Origin: a virus
Lineage: Duplodnaviria > Heunggongvirae > Uroviricota > Caudoviricetes
Direction: 5' to 3' (one strand)
Length of the DNA stretch: 55,813 nt
Virus record (IMG/VR): IMGVR_UViG_3300042691_025398
Coordinates: 1-55,813 of that record
Shown here: positions 26,130 through 35,521 of the stretch, one piece after another
Layout: each line of letters starts with the position of its first letter
How positions within the stretch are numbered: position 1 is the first letter of the stretch
Notes under the pieces: model-generated
Told to the model about the DNA's origin: nothing
Seen by the model: the letters and a program-made list of their open reading frames with translations, nothing else
Database searches by the model: none
Position numbers and translations under genes: made by a program

Positions 26130-27137
26130 TTATAAATCCTGTAAAATTTTACTGCAAAATACTGCGAATGCTGTGTGTTGTAGTGGGCCAGGGTGTGTGT
26201 GATCAGTGCCTAAATCGATCCAGTGTTGCCGAATCTGCCTGCGTTTGTCAATGTGAATAGGATGTTGAAAGTAATAGAAATTGGGAATATGCCTAAGTGT
26301 TGTTATATATGCGTCACTGAAATTTGCGTTAAAAATCATCAATTTTGCGCCAATACCGGCACAAAAATTGCTCACTGCCTTCATACAATGCATGGCAGCG
26401 TAAGCAGTGGTATCACTGCCCAGCGCACGTAATGGCCATGTTTGTTCAAGATCTGGATCTTCAACATGGCTGTGCATGTTCAAGTGCATCATGCTGCCAT
26501 CTTTTATGATCCATTGTCGATGTAATCCAGTACTAGCCCAAACCACAACATCGTGTTTTTTGATTGGACTGCGTAGAATTTGATCAGCTTGCCAAGGGTT
26601 GCTAGACCCCAGTTCTGCCAGCACCGAGCACTCTAACTGCTGGTCTTGCGCCAACTGATAGTGCCAGGTTTGATCAGGAGAAACTCCGTACCCAGCAGTG
26701 ATACTGCAACCTACGGCCCACAACTGCGGCTCGTCGGTGCGTCTATGATCAACCAAGGGCAGCAATTCATTGGCATCTTGCATGCTATCTAGATTGCCAA
26801 TAGGCTTGGTCTGCAAATGCCGCAGTATAAGATATTCTGTGATGCCTTGGATACTGTCGTAAGGATCTAGTGCAAGAGCAATTTTACGATCGCTCCATTT
26901 ATGGTCTGGTGGTGGGCAGTATTCAATAGCATCAGCTCTGTCTAAAAGACTACAAAACTGATCCACTGCTAGATCACCAAGTGATGTATAGATAGACACA
27001 TCTTGATAGTCTGTATCACAGAACTGTTGCCAATTGGCATTGGATACCAAGAAGGCTGCTGGATCATGTGCGCGAGCTGCTGCTCTTAGATAAGCATTAA
27101 CATCACCTACAAACACAGTGAGTCTACCTGTGATCAT
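26130..27137 (-). CDS. SGNH/GDSL hydrolase-like protein with extra N-terminal domain
   Basis: LWAVGCSITAG (block I), GSSN (block II) and DHTHPG (block V DxxH). Confidence 0.7.
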   Translation of the reverse strand: MITGRLTVFVGDVNAYLRAAARAHDPAAFLVSNANWQQFCDTDYQDVSIYTSLGDLAVDQFCSLLDRADAIEYCPPPDHKWSDRKIALALDPYDSIQGITEYLILRHLQTKPIGNLDSMQDANELLPLVDHRRTDEPQLWAVGCSITAGYGVSPDQTWHYQLAQDQQLECSVLAELGSSNPWQADQILRSPIKKHDVVVWASTGLHRQWIIKDGSMMHLNMHSHVEDPDLEQTWPLRALGSDTTAYAAMHCMKAVSNFCAGIGAKLMIFNANFSDAYITTLRHIPNFYYFQHPIHIDKRRQIRQHWIDLGTDHTHPGPLQHTAFAVFCSKILQDL

Positions 27138-27649
27138 CGGCAGATGGCTTTCACAGAGTCTGCGTTCAACTCCCAGAACAAATCATAATCCATGATCAGC
27201 CAATGACCATGCAGGCCTGATGCGTAGTTGAAGTGTCTGGTGAACACCAAGTTGGTTTGATTGGGCTGTGCTTGCACAGCCACATAGGTACCCTTGCGGT
27301 TGAACTTCATGAATATGATGTTAAAGTCACCTTCATCGGCCACGTCCATGCACTGTTCAATCCATTGATCCAGTGTACGGCATGAGCCTTGAAACAGTTG
27401 GTGAAATGGAAAATCCTTATAACTTTTACATTCTGCGTTGAAACGCGGAAAACTCAATCCAGGAATGATATCGCCTTTGAAACTGCGTATTTGTCCTTCG
27501 TGCAAGATTTCTTTACGATGTTGATTCACACCACCAATGTACGCACCTGAATGTGGTACACGTATGAAACTTTCTCCGTACAGTTCGGTTAGATGTTTTG
27601 CTACTGTGTTTTCCCAGGCATTGCCTTTGATTTTTTGTGGACTAGTCAT
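27134..27649 (-). CDS. Holliday-junction-resolvase-like PD-(D/E)XK nuclease
   Basis: KGNAWENTVAKHL...RVPHSGAYIGG...GDI...ECKSY...WIEQ...FMKFNR. Confidence 0.75.
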   Translation of the reverse strand: MTSPQKIKGNAWENTVAKHLTELYGESFIRVPHSGAYIGGVNQHRKEILHEGQIRSFKGDIIPGLSFPRFNAECKSYKDFPFHQLFQGSCRTLDQWIEQCMDVADEGDFNIIFMKFNRKGTYVAVQAQPNQTNLVFTRHFNYASGLHGHWLIMDYDLFWELNADSVKAICR

Positions 27650-27658
27650 GATTAGTAA

Positions 27659-28681
27659 TTACCATTCTGTGGCATAGTCCCGGGTCACTTGACTGGCTGA
27701 ACATTTAAATTCACATTCTTTCCAGCGATAACTTTGAAACTGTTCTTGCCAAAATTCATCAGCAAGTGCATCTTGTAATGTGCGTTCATGCAGATTAAAT
27801 TGTGTGCCCAGTTGTTGCCACTCGTTATTGTGTTGATAGCGATTGGCTACCCAGCAACAAGGAAACAGATGACCACGAGCGCTGATATACAAGCCTTTGT
27901 TGCCAATTGAACACAACGGAGTTATGTTGTTCACTGTTTGCACTCGCTCAAACCGTTGTATGTTAATGGGCCACACCGGAGTTGACTTGCCAGTGAAGTT
28001 TGAGATCTCTCGCTGAAATCTATGACTGGAACTGATATAAACAGGCAAGGGTTCTAATATATCTTTCGCTCCATATGAGGGATACACACTGCCAAATTTC
28101 GTGCTCAAGGTCAGTTGAAAACGATCAAAGCCCAGTTCTTTACTCTGCGTTTTCATTTTTTGAATGTACTTTTGATTGAAACGAAAAGCTATTGCGTCCC
28201 AGATCATTTGACAGGTGCTGTGTTCACGCAAGGTACGCACACCAGTCATGATGCTAGCATAGTCACTGTTCACACGATATTCACTGTTACTGGCTTGATC
28301 CCAACCATCTATACTGAAATGTACACTGTCATTTGGTCCAAGTTGTGTAGCAAGATCTTGCCACCACTGTTGACTTTTATAGCTGCCATTGGTCACTATC
28401 ACTATCTCAATGTCGGACTTGATCTGTTTGAAATAGGCAATAACAGGAATTAAATCGTGTGCATAGATAGGATCGCCGTCATCGCCACAGAACGTGAGTT
28501 TTTTCACATGCTGTTGCACAAATTCTGTAGGAAAGTTTTTTCTGAAAAAGTCTAGATCAAGTTCAGTATTAATCAAACTGTCAGGCACTTCCTGTCGTGC
28601 GCAACGAGGACAGCGCAAGGTACACTTGCTGGATATTTCTATGTGAAAGTGCCAGGTGGCCAGTGTGTTAGTCATTTGCAT
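27659..28681 (-). CDS. Radical SAM protein with SPASM/twitch-like C-terminus
   Basis: EISSKCTLRCPRC (CxxxCxxC), FCGDDGDP, TNGS, FSIDG; C-terminal C...LYISARGHLFPCC...C..C. Start may be 28675. Confidence 0.88.
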   Translation of the reverse strand: MQMTNTLATWHFHIEISSKCTLRCPRCARQEVPDSLINTELDLDFFRKNFPTEFVQQHVKKLTFCGDDGDPIYAHDLIPVIAYFKQIKSDIEIVIVTNGSYKSQQWWQDLATQLGPNDSVHFSIDGWDQASNSEYRVNSDYASIMTGVRTLREHSTCQMIWDAIAFRFNQKYIQKMKTQSKELGFDRFQLTLSTKFGSVYPSYGAKDILEPLPVYISSSHRFQREISNFTGKSTPVWPINIQRFERVQTVNNITPLCSIGNKGLYISARGHLFPCCWVANRYQHNNEWQQLGTQFNLHERTLQDALADEFWQEQFQSYRWKECEFKCSASQVTRDYATEW

Positions 28682-30419
28682 AAGATGTGAACCCGCCTTC
28701 CTTGACCACTTTCATGATGTTTTCAACGCGACCTGCAAGTTCGTCTCTATGACTAACCAGCCAGATGCTCTTGTGGCGTTCACGACTCATTTTTTTGAGT
28801 ATGGCCAGTGAACTTTCCACACCCTGTGTGTCCAGTCCAGAATCAATCATTTCGTCAATGAACAAAAGGTTGATCGGACGATATAGGCTTTCCCATACAT
28901 CGCGAAACGCCCAGCTCATGCTTAATATCAATCTGTTGCGTTCTCCTCGACTGAGATTGTCAAAGTCAAGATCACGACCAAGTTCTGTAATTTCCACAGT
29001 GAGATCATTCAAAAACATCACCTGATGTGGTAAGCCTATGCGATCAAGATAGTGCACCAGTCGACTGTTAAGATAACTTAGATTCTGATCTATGATCTTT
29101 TTTCTAATAAATGAATCTTTGTTGGTAAGCAGTTTGAGCAAGAAGTCCTGATGATCCTGCACTCGTGTGAGGTGATTCAATGTGTCATAACTGACTTCTT
29201 GCAGTGCCTGTCCACGCATGTCTTCAATCTGTTCAGTATATGGATCGGTCTCAGATTCGCGAGCACTTAAATTTTGTTTCAGTGTGTCAAGACTGTTGCG
29301 ATGATTCAGTGCCTGCTCTAGATTGTCATAGAACACCGTGGGGGCTATGCCCAGTTCACCAAGGTCATCAAGTTCGTTTTGATGTTCATTGCGTTGCGTG
29401 TCGTTGGTCAACAGTTGCAGTGCGATTTCTTGCAGTTCCTTCTGACGTTTTTCTTTCACTGCGTCAAGACTGTTGTCGTGGATTTCAGTACCACAGGCAA
29501 AACAACGATGCGCTTGCATCTGTTCAATGTCTCGCTCTAGTTGTTTGCGTTGCTTGTCTAGTTTTACATCGTCTTGATCAATCTGTTTGATCCAACGATT
29601 ATGCTCGTCAATTTGTTTTTTCTTAGAGTGATACTGTTCAAGATCGCGATGTGCTTGAATTTCTTCATCAATGTCAATGTGTTCTAGTGCATCAATGGCC
29701 TGTTGAAATTGAGCACAGTCCTCGCTCTGTTTCTTGGTCCATAGATCACGACGTTTTTCTAAACTTACGATCTGTTCTTCAATACGTTTGTTTGCTTCTT
29801 GAACAGCACGTATGCGCAGTTCTTCATGTGATATTTCGTCTTTGGTTGCACGATTGAGTTCACGTATGCGTTCGGCTCGCTCGCTGAGTTGAGTGATACC
29901 CAGCAATTGTTCTATGATTTCTCTTTGATCATTGGCCCGAAGATTTAAAAATGGTTCGGTATAGGTGTTTAAGGCCACAATGTGTTTGAACATGTCATGG
30001 CTCATGCCCAACATGCGTTCAATTGCTTCTTGTGTTTCTCTACTGTCACCTTGACTGTCGTCTATGGCAGTTTTTTCTTCATTGTCCACGAAGAATTTCA
30101 GCACATTTGGACGCCTGCCGCGTTCGATCCTATATCCATGACCGTCAACATCAAAGTCCAAACTCACGATCATTTGTTTGGCATTGGTCTTGTTGATCAG
30201 ATTATCTTTTTTGATATTGGTCAATGCCTGACCAAACAGTGCAAAACTCAAGGCATTGATAATAGTGGTCTTGCCAGTGCCGTTTCTTGATCCGTCACCG
30301 CCAAGGTCAAGGTTTTCGCCTAGTACCAGAGTAAGGTCACGACGATTGAAATCAATGGCCTGCGTGGCATTTCCCACGCTCATAAAATTGCGTACAGTGA
30401 GCTTGTTAATTGTGATCAT
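28668..30419 (-). CDS. gp46: Recombination exonuclease ATPase subunit (gp46 / Rad50-SbcC-like)
   Basis: Walker A NGTGKTT, coiled coil with CFAC hook, LSRGE signature, LLFIDE Walker B, LVSH. Confidence 0.95.
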   Translation of the reverse strand: MITINKLTVRNFMSVGNATQAIDFNRRDLTLVLGENLDLGGDGSRNGTGKTTIINALSFALFGQALTNIKKDNLINKTNAKQMIVSLDFDVDGHGYRIERGRRPNVLKFFVDNEEKTAIDDSQGDSRETQEAIERMLGMSHDMFKHIVALNTYTEPFLNLRANDQREIIEQLLGITQLSERAERIRELNRATKDEISHEELRIRAVQEANKRIEEQIVSLEKRRDLWTKKQSEDCAQFQQAIDALEHIDIDEEIQAHRDLEQYHSKKKQIDEHNRWIKQIDQDDVKLDKQRKQLERDIEQMQAHRCFACGTEIHDNSLDAVKEKRQKELQEIALQLLTNDTQRNEHQNELDDLGELGIAPTVFYDNLEQALNHRNSLDTLKQNLSARESETDPYTEQIEDMRGQALQEVSYDTLNHLTRVQDHQDFLLKLLTNKDSFIRKKIIDQNLSYLNSRLVHYLDRIGLPHQVMFLNDLTVEITELGRDLDFDNLSRGERNRLILSMSWAFRDVWESLYRPINLLFIDEMIDSGLDTQGVESSLAILKKMSRERHKSIWLVSHRDELAGRVENIMKVVKEGGFTSYAND

Positions 30420-30424
30420 ATGAT

Positions 30425-31225
30425 CTATATGTTAGCATTTTTGTTATGTGGATCGCAACGAATTTTGGTGTAATGCTGCACAATAGTTCTGTGCCTTACG
30501 TCAGGATTGAACCAATCCAGTTGTTTTTGATCAAGTTGATAAAACAGTGCGCCTAACCAGGCTAGATCAATCACGTTGAAGTTAATGTAAAAAGGCAGTT
30601 GTGCCAGTTTCTGTTCAAACTGTTTTTGTAGATCAAGATAACGATGATTGCTTGCGTTCAGCAAGTGATACATGGACACAAAGTGATCATCGTCAAAGCT
30701 GATCCTTGGCTGGAGTTTTTCTCGGAGCACGGAGATCTTGGAAAAGTCCTGGTATTCAATGTTTATGGCTCCGGGCAGCTGATATTCTAGCAGTGTGCGC
30801 CACTCTGATGGCTGTGTGAAAAACAGATAGAAATATTCTATAGCACTGTTTTTTATATACTCTGGATCGTCAAAGCTGGTGATGTTGTATGCACGATACC
30901 AATGATCAAGCATGCCTTGATAGGCCTGTGTGTTAATGCCCAGGCGTTGAATATCATCACACCAGTGATCCACGCAAATGCCCACGTGGTCGGTTTTTTC
31001 AAAGAAATTATATAGATACCAAGGCAAGTTTGATTGAGAAACGTAACAGTTGATCACTTGATCAGGCCGAGAGCCATTCGCATGATGTTTGCTTATCCAA
31101 GGTATTGTGCTTTTGACAGTTTGGAAATTACGGCCTTGATGTTCAAATTCAGCTGTGTGATCTAGAGATGCAGACAGCCAATTCTGATACAAGCCAGGAA
31201 GGCCGTGGATCTCATAACCGGTCAT
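30425..31225 (-). CDS. Hypothetical protein inserted between gp47 and gp46, possibly a degenerate sulfotransferase-like fold; ends in TAG
   Basis: ORF track, 266 aa; N-terminal IHGLPGLYQNWL; AINIEYQDF in the C-terminal half. Confidence 0.6.
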   Translation of the reverse strand: MTGYEIHGLPGLYQNWLSASLDHTAEFEHQGRNFQTVKSTIPWISKHHANGSRPDQVINCYVSQSNLPWYLYNFFEKTDHVGICVDHWCDDIQRLGINTQAYQGMLDHWYRAYNITSFDDPEYIKNSAIEYFYLFFTQPSEWRTLLEYQLPGAINIEYQDFSKISVLREKLQPRISFDDDHFVSMYHLLNASNHRYLDLQKQFEQKLAQLPFYINFNVIDLAWLGALFYQLDQKQLDWFNPDVRHRTIVQHYTKIRCDPHNKNANI

Positions 31226-32238
31226 AGAGTCTGATAGATGTGCAGCAGCAGTTTTGAATCGTAAACGTCGGATTGTATGTTTAGAATTTGATCAGTGATA
31301 ATCTGATCCACGCTTTCAAACTTGATTTCACCTGGCGCTAGGTCCTGTGTGTGCGTGGCATTTTTATTAGGGATCAAAGACATTTCGCGCAAGTGATAAT
31401 CACGTATGAAAGTTTCTTTGATAAAGTTTGCTTCTTCGTAACTGATGTCAATGTCCAGTTCCACACGCACATGCATTTTTGGTCGCAATATGCTGGCAGC
31501 ATGATCAATCAAGTGAGCCAGTCCCAGCACACGATAGGTGGGCTGATCAGGCCAAGCATGGAACACCGGTTCTTTGTTCCATTCAAGTATCATTACACCA
31601 CGTTCGTCGTCACCGGCATCTGCAAAGTTATGCGGAAAACAGTTGCCAATATAGGTCACGTTCTTTTTGGTTTGACGTTTGTGAAAGTGTCCGGTGTACA
31701 CATGCTCAAAGCCCCCAAGATCTTCTCTACGTATGGATCCATGATCAGGCATTTCTACCATGGCATTCATGAGATAGCCTGGTAGCTCAAAATGTCCAAA
31801 CAAGTATTTGCCGGACATCTTGGCTAGTTTTTTATGATCGTCGCCTACCAACCATGGAGATATAACAACATCGCCAGAGTGTACCCAGTCATTACAGATA
31901 ACCAGATTAGGAAGATGCTTCGCCCACTCCACACTTTGTACATCGCGTTTGTCGCGATAATATAGATCATGGTTACCGGGAATAAAGTATACACGAGAAA
32001 AGTTTGCGGAGAGGTGCTCCAGGGCCTGAAGACTATACTTAAGAGTGACAATATTAATACTAGCCCGATGATTGTGCCAATCACCAAGAAAGAACGCTGT
32101 TTCACAACCTTGCTCCTTGGCCAACTCTGTGGCCCATTTAACAAATGACAAGCAGTCGTCGTTGTGCAACTGACTGTTGCTTTTTAATCCAAAATGGATA
32201 TCCGTAAATATTGCTGCTTTGTGGAAAAGATTACTCAT
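31222..32238 (-). CDS. gp47: Recombination nuclease subunit (gp47 / Mre11-SbcD-like)
   Basis: FTDIHFG, FLGDWH, GNHD, GHFE and YTGHFH metallophosphoesterase motifs. Confidence 0.95.
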   Translation of the reverse strand: MSNLFHKAAIFTDIHFGLKSNSQLHNDDCLSFVKWATELAKEQGCETAFFLGDWHNHRASINIVTLKYSLQALEHLSANFSRVYFIPGNHDLYYRDKRDVQSVEWAKHLPNLVICNDWVHSGDVVISPWLVGDDHKKLAKMSGKYLFGHFELPGYLMNAMVEMPDHGSIRREDLGGFEHVYTGHFHKRQTKKNVTYIGNCFPHNFADAGDDERGVMILEWNKEPVFHAWPDQPTYRVLGLAHLIDHAASILRPKMHVRVELDIDISYEEANFIKETFIRDYHLREMSLIPNKNATHTQDLAPGEIKFESVDQIITDQILNIQSDVYDSKLLLHIYQTL

Positions 32239-32247
32239 AGTAGTATT

Positions 32248-33138
32248 TTAATGATCTTCTTGAGTATCTGCAACCGTTATGGTAGAAACAGCTCCAGACT
32301 CACGTCCAGCGTTCTGACGAGTCCAGCTGGGGTTCAATCCGTTCATTTCCAGAATATCATCACGAATGTTTTGCATTTTCTTTTCAATGTTCAAAATACG
32401 AGTGAAGCTATTGGTAATGGCTGCGGTGTAATAAGCAAATGGATTTTGTGATTTTGATTCGTCAAACTGCAAGCCAATTTGACTGAGCTGTAACAACGCC
32501 TGGCCACGCATTTCTTCATTATAAGTGTATCCTCGCCAGTTTGAACGAGTAGCATAGCGTTCACACAGTTTCATGAACATCTGTGCAAGTTTCTTGGTCA
32601 TGTTACCATGTTCTCGATTGTACTGCCCGGTGTTTAAATCACCTTGCCAATGGCTTTTGCCCACAAGGTAGTGATTCTTTTCTTCGTCAATGCGATAATG
32701 AAAAAATGGAGGAAAGTTAACACGCACATGTATAGGATCCAGAACAGGTTCCTCTACTAGATCGTCTGTTTCTTCGGATATCACATCATCCATGCCCAGA
32801 ATATCTTCCACTCGCTTGCGTTTGGCAGCGTTCTTGGGTGGTTTTTTTGGCGCCATGGGTATGTGTTCCCAGGTCATGATTCTAAACACTAGATCAGTAT
32901 TGGCGATCTTTTTGGGATCTATAACTTCACCAGTTTCACGCTTGATACGGTCAGCACGATTGCGTCGGGCTTCTGCTATGGTACGTTGATTGATCTTGCT
33001 TACTGCTGGCAATATGATATCGTATTGATGATCAGTTTGTGGATTCACAAACGAACAGTAGGTGTTTTTGCTAAGATGTATTTCTTTAAGTATGTCGCGA
33101 TTGTTAAGATAGTTCACACGGGGAGGGGTTGTGGACAA
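32248..33138 (-). CDS. gp55: Late-transcription sigma factor (gp55-like), TTG start
   Basis: YLNNRDILKEI...LCERYATRSNWRGYTYNEEM...FDESKSQNPFAYYT...SFTRILNIEKK; AAGGAG SD 7 nt before the TTG. Confidence 0.85.
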   Translation of the reverse strand: MSTTPPRVNYLNNRDILKEIHLSKNTYCSFVNPQTDHQYDIILPAVSKINQRTIAEARRNRADRIKRETGEVIDPKKIANTDLVFRIMTWEHIPMAPKKPPKNAAKRKRVEDILGMDDVISEETDDLVEEPVLDPIHVRVNFPPFFHYRIDEEKNHYLVGKSHWQGDLNTGQYNREHGNMTKKLAQMFMKLCERYATRSNWRGYTYNEEMRGQALLQLSQIGLQFDESKSQNPFAYYTAAITNSFTRILNIEKKMQNIRDDILEMNGLNPSWTRQNAGRESGAVSTITVADTQEDH

Positions 33139-33157
33139 AGTATTTCTCCTTAGAATG

Positions 33158-33190
33158 TATTTATTTTAACATTTTTTTGCCAGATGTCAA
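33158..33190 (-). promoter_or_regulatory. Overlapping sigma70 promoter and late promoter for the gp55-gp47-gp46 operon
   Basis: TTGACA (33190-33185), 16 nt, TG-extended TAAAAT (33168-33163); ATAAATA at 33164-33158. Confidence 0.7.
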
Positions 33191-33225
33191 CCACTTTGTG
33201 ATTAACATAGCCGTTTAATCACACG

Positions 33226-33232
33226 GTAAATA
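33226..33232 (+). promoter_or_regulatory. Late promoter variant GTAAATA for the baseplate operon
   Basis: 16 nt upstream of ATG 33249, with AGGA SD between. Confidence 0.6.
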
Positions 33233-33248
33233 CGCTACAGGAATCATT

Positions 33249-35219
33249 ATGCCATATATTATTGAAAACGGTGAAAAGCGTTTTGTTACTCAAGAAGAGT
33301 ATGTTGATTGGGCTCGAGGCCAAGGCTTGCCCACTTCAGGACTACGTGACCCACGCAACCAACCTCGCCCGCCAGCTGGCGGTACTGATTTATCAGTAAG
33401 TCAGCCACAACCTCAGTCTGAACTCACTGGCAGTGAGCGTAGAGCACTGGTAAACAGACAGCAACGACAGGTTGATGATGAACTCAGTAATATTGACAGT
33501 AGACTGGCACAAAACAGCACCGGACAAAATCGCTTGTCCTTTGACGAAGTACAGTATTTAGAAAATCGTAAAAGTCAGCTGGGCGATGCTGCTAATCAAT
33601 TGGAAAACGGTCAGCCGGTGACCAGCGGCTTGATTGAAGGTGGGCGTACTACTGAACAATTCATTCTACCCAACACCAACGTTAACATTCCACAGAATTC
33701 TTTGCCTCAACAGTATGAAAACAGTGCACGACTGGGTGCCACCAACTCCATTGGTTATATTCCTGCCGAAGATGATTTCATAGGTAGAGTGGCTGTTGGA
33801 CAAAACCCAGGTGTGAGTTCCTATACGCCAAGATCAACAGAACTAGAAAATGTCAATGCCATTGTACCACAGACCATAGACCTAATTGATCCTGATGCCA
33901 ATCGAGGTCAAGGCTTTGTGCCTTATAGACAAGTCACGCAAGAGTCGCCTTATTCGTTTCCTGGAGTAGTGCCAGGGCCGGTAAACTACTCGGTCACAGA
34001 TGATCGTGGATCAAGTTCGTATTACAACACACCCAGTAATGCATCAAATCCTTTTGCTTTTCAAGTTCAAACACAGGCTGAGCCTGTTGATGATGCAGGT
34101 CAATTTAACACCAATACCAATCAAAGCATCATTGGGGCAATCACTAGACAGCCTGAAGTGCCTGTTAATGATCCAGCCAGTGGTCAGGCGGCTGCTGCGA
34201 TTGCAGCCTCTACCCAAGCAGCCAGTGACGCACTGCGTAATGGAAGAACACCAGCTCCGGTAAACATTGCTGGTGTGATTGGTGCCAATCAATTCAATCA
34301 AGCCACTAATGCCGGCATACTGGGTACCATTACAAACAATCCAGTATCACCTGTGCCAGTCAACACTCAGGTGGCATCTAATGTGGCTGTGGCCTTACAA
34401 CAGAATTCCATACGCAGTCAAAGATCAGGATTCAATGAAAAAGATTGGCGTGTGCGTTTGGCATTGGCACCACAAGCACAGTATCTTTACAACGTGGCCA
34501 GCATGGGGGATCTGTTATGGCCTCTAGCGGGCAAAGGAGTGATATTCCCCTACACTCCCACAATACAAACTGCATACAAAGCCAACTATCAACCCTATGA
34601 TCTAACTCACAGCAACATGCGTGGCTATTTTTATCAAGGCAGCAGTCCGTCAGAAATACAAATCACTGGTGTATTCACTGCACAAGATACCACAGAAGCC
34701 AATTATCTCTTGGCTGTGATACATTTTTTCAAATCAGCTACCAAGATGTTTTATGGGCAGGATGCCTACGTGGGTGCACCTCCACCACCTTTGTATCTCA
34801 GCGGTTATGGCACATATCAGTTTAGAGAACATCCTGTGCTGTTGACTTCTTTTAATTTTAGTCTGCCTAATGATGTTGATTATATACGTGCAAGGTCGGT
34901 AAGCATCAATGGCACTGATCTAGTGGTGCGTCGTCCCACTGTGCCTAGTCCGCCTAATACCAGTCCAATATTTTCAGCTATATCAAGATTGAAAACCATT
35001 TTTACTCCCAAAGGTGCAGAACCCAAGGCCAAGGCAGCACAGCCATTTGACACCAGTGGACAGAGTGTGGAGCTTGGCGGAGAGAATCCCACCTATGTGC
35101 CCACACAGATGGAAATCAGTTTGACTCTGTTGCCAATACAGAGTAGAAGTCAAATGAGCAAACAGTTTAGCCTTACTCAGTTTGCACAAGGTTCATTACT
35201 AAAAGGAGGTTTCTGGTAA
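33249..35219 (+). CDS. Baseplate-tail tube junction/initiator protein (gp48/gp54-like C-domain) with long low-complexity N-terminus
   Basis: DWRVRLAL...GVIFPYTPTI...YDLTHSN...FTAQD..EANYLLAVIHFFKSATKMFYG...PPP..L.GYG tube-like domain. Confidence 0.7.
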   Translation: MPYIIENGEKRFVTQEEYVDWARGQGLPTSGLRDPRNQPRPPAGGTDLSVSQPQPQSELTGSERRALVNRQQRQVDDELSNIDSRLAQNSTGQNRLSFDEVQYLENRKSQLGDAANQLENGQPVTSGLIEGGRTTEQFILPNTNVNIPQNSLPQQYENSARLGATNSIGYIPAEDDFIGRVAVGQNPGVSSYTPRSTELENVNAIVPQTIDLIDPDANRGQGFVPYRQVTQESPYSFPGVVPGPVNYSVTDDRGSSSYYNTPSNASNPFAFQVQTQAEPVDDAGQFNTNTNQSIIGAITRQPEVPVNDPASGQAAAAIAASTQAASDALRNGRTPAPVNIAGVIGANQFNQATNAGILGTITNNPVSPVPVNTQVASNVAVALQQNSIRSQRSGFNEKDWRVRLALAPQAQYLYNVASMGDLLWPLAGKGVIFPYTPTIQTAYKANYQPYDLTHSNMRGYFYQGSSPSEIQITGVFTAQDTTEANYLLAVIHFFKSATKMFYGQDAYVGAPPPPLYLSGYGTYQFREHPVLLTSFNFSLPNDVDYIRARSVSINGTDLVVRRPTVPSPPNTSPIFSAISRLKTIFTPKGAEPKAKAAQPFDTSGQSVELGGENPTYVPTQMEISLTLLPIQSRSQMSKQFSLTQFAQGSLLKGGFW

Positions 35220-35518
35220 TGGCCACGTATTCAGCTACCAGTCCTTATTACAACACGGGCTACACGCAATTCTATCTTGATGTCATGCGAGATCGTCCCA
35301 TTCCCAAAGAAGAAGATGACTTGATCATGACTATCAATCAGGTATATCAGTATAGGCCAGATCTTCTGGCATTTGACCTTTATAACAATCCTTCATTATG
35401 GTGGGTGTTCTATCAAAGAAACCCCAATACCTTGACAGCGCCGCCTTTGGATTTCAAGGCAGGGGTTATAATATATTTGCCAAAAATCAGTACGCTACAA
35501 TCTACGTTGGGATTCTAA
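35219..35518 (+). CDS. gp53: Baseplate wedge protein gp53-like (LysM-type)
   Basis: YQYRPDLLAFDLYNNPSLWWVF...NP motif. Confidence 0.85.
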   Translation: MATYSATSPYYNTGYTQFYLDVMRDRPIPKEEDDLIMTINQVYQYRPDLLAFDLYNNPSLWWVFYQRNPNTLTAPPLDFKAGVIIYLPKISTLQSTLGF

Positions 35519-35521
35519 ACA

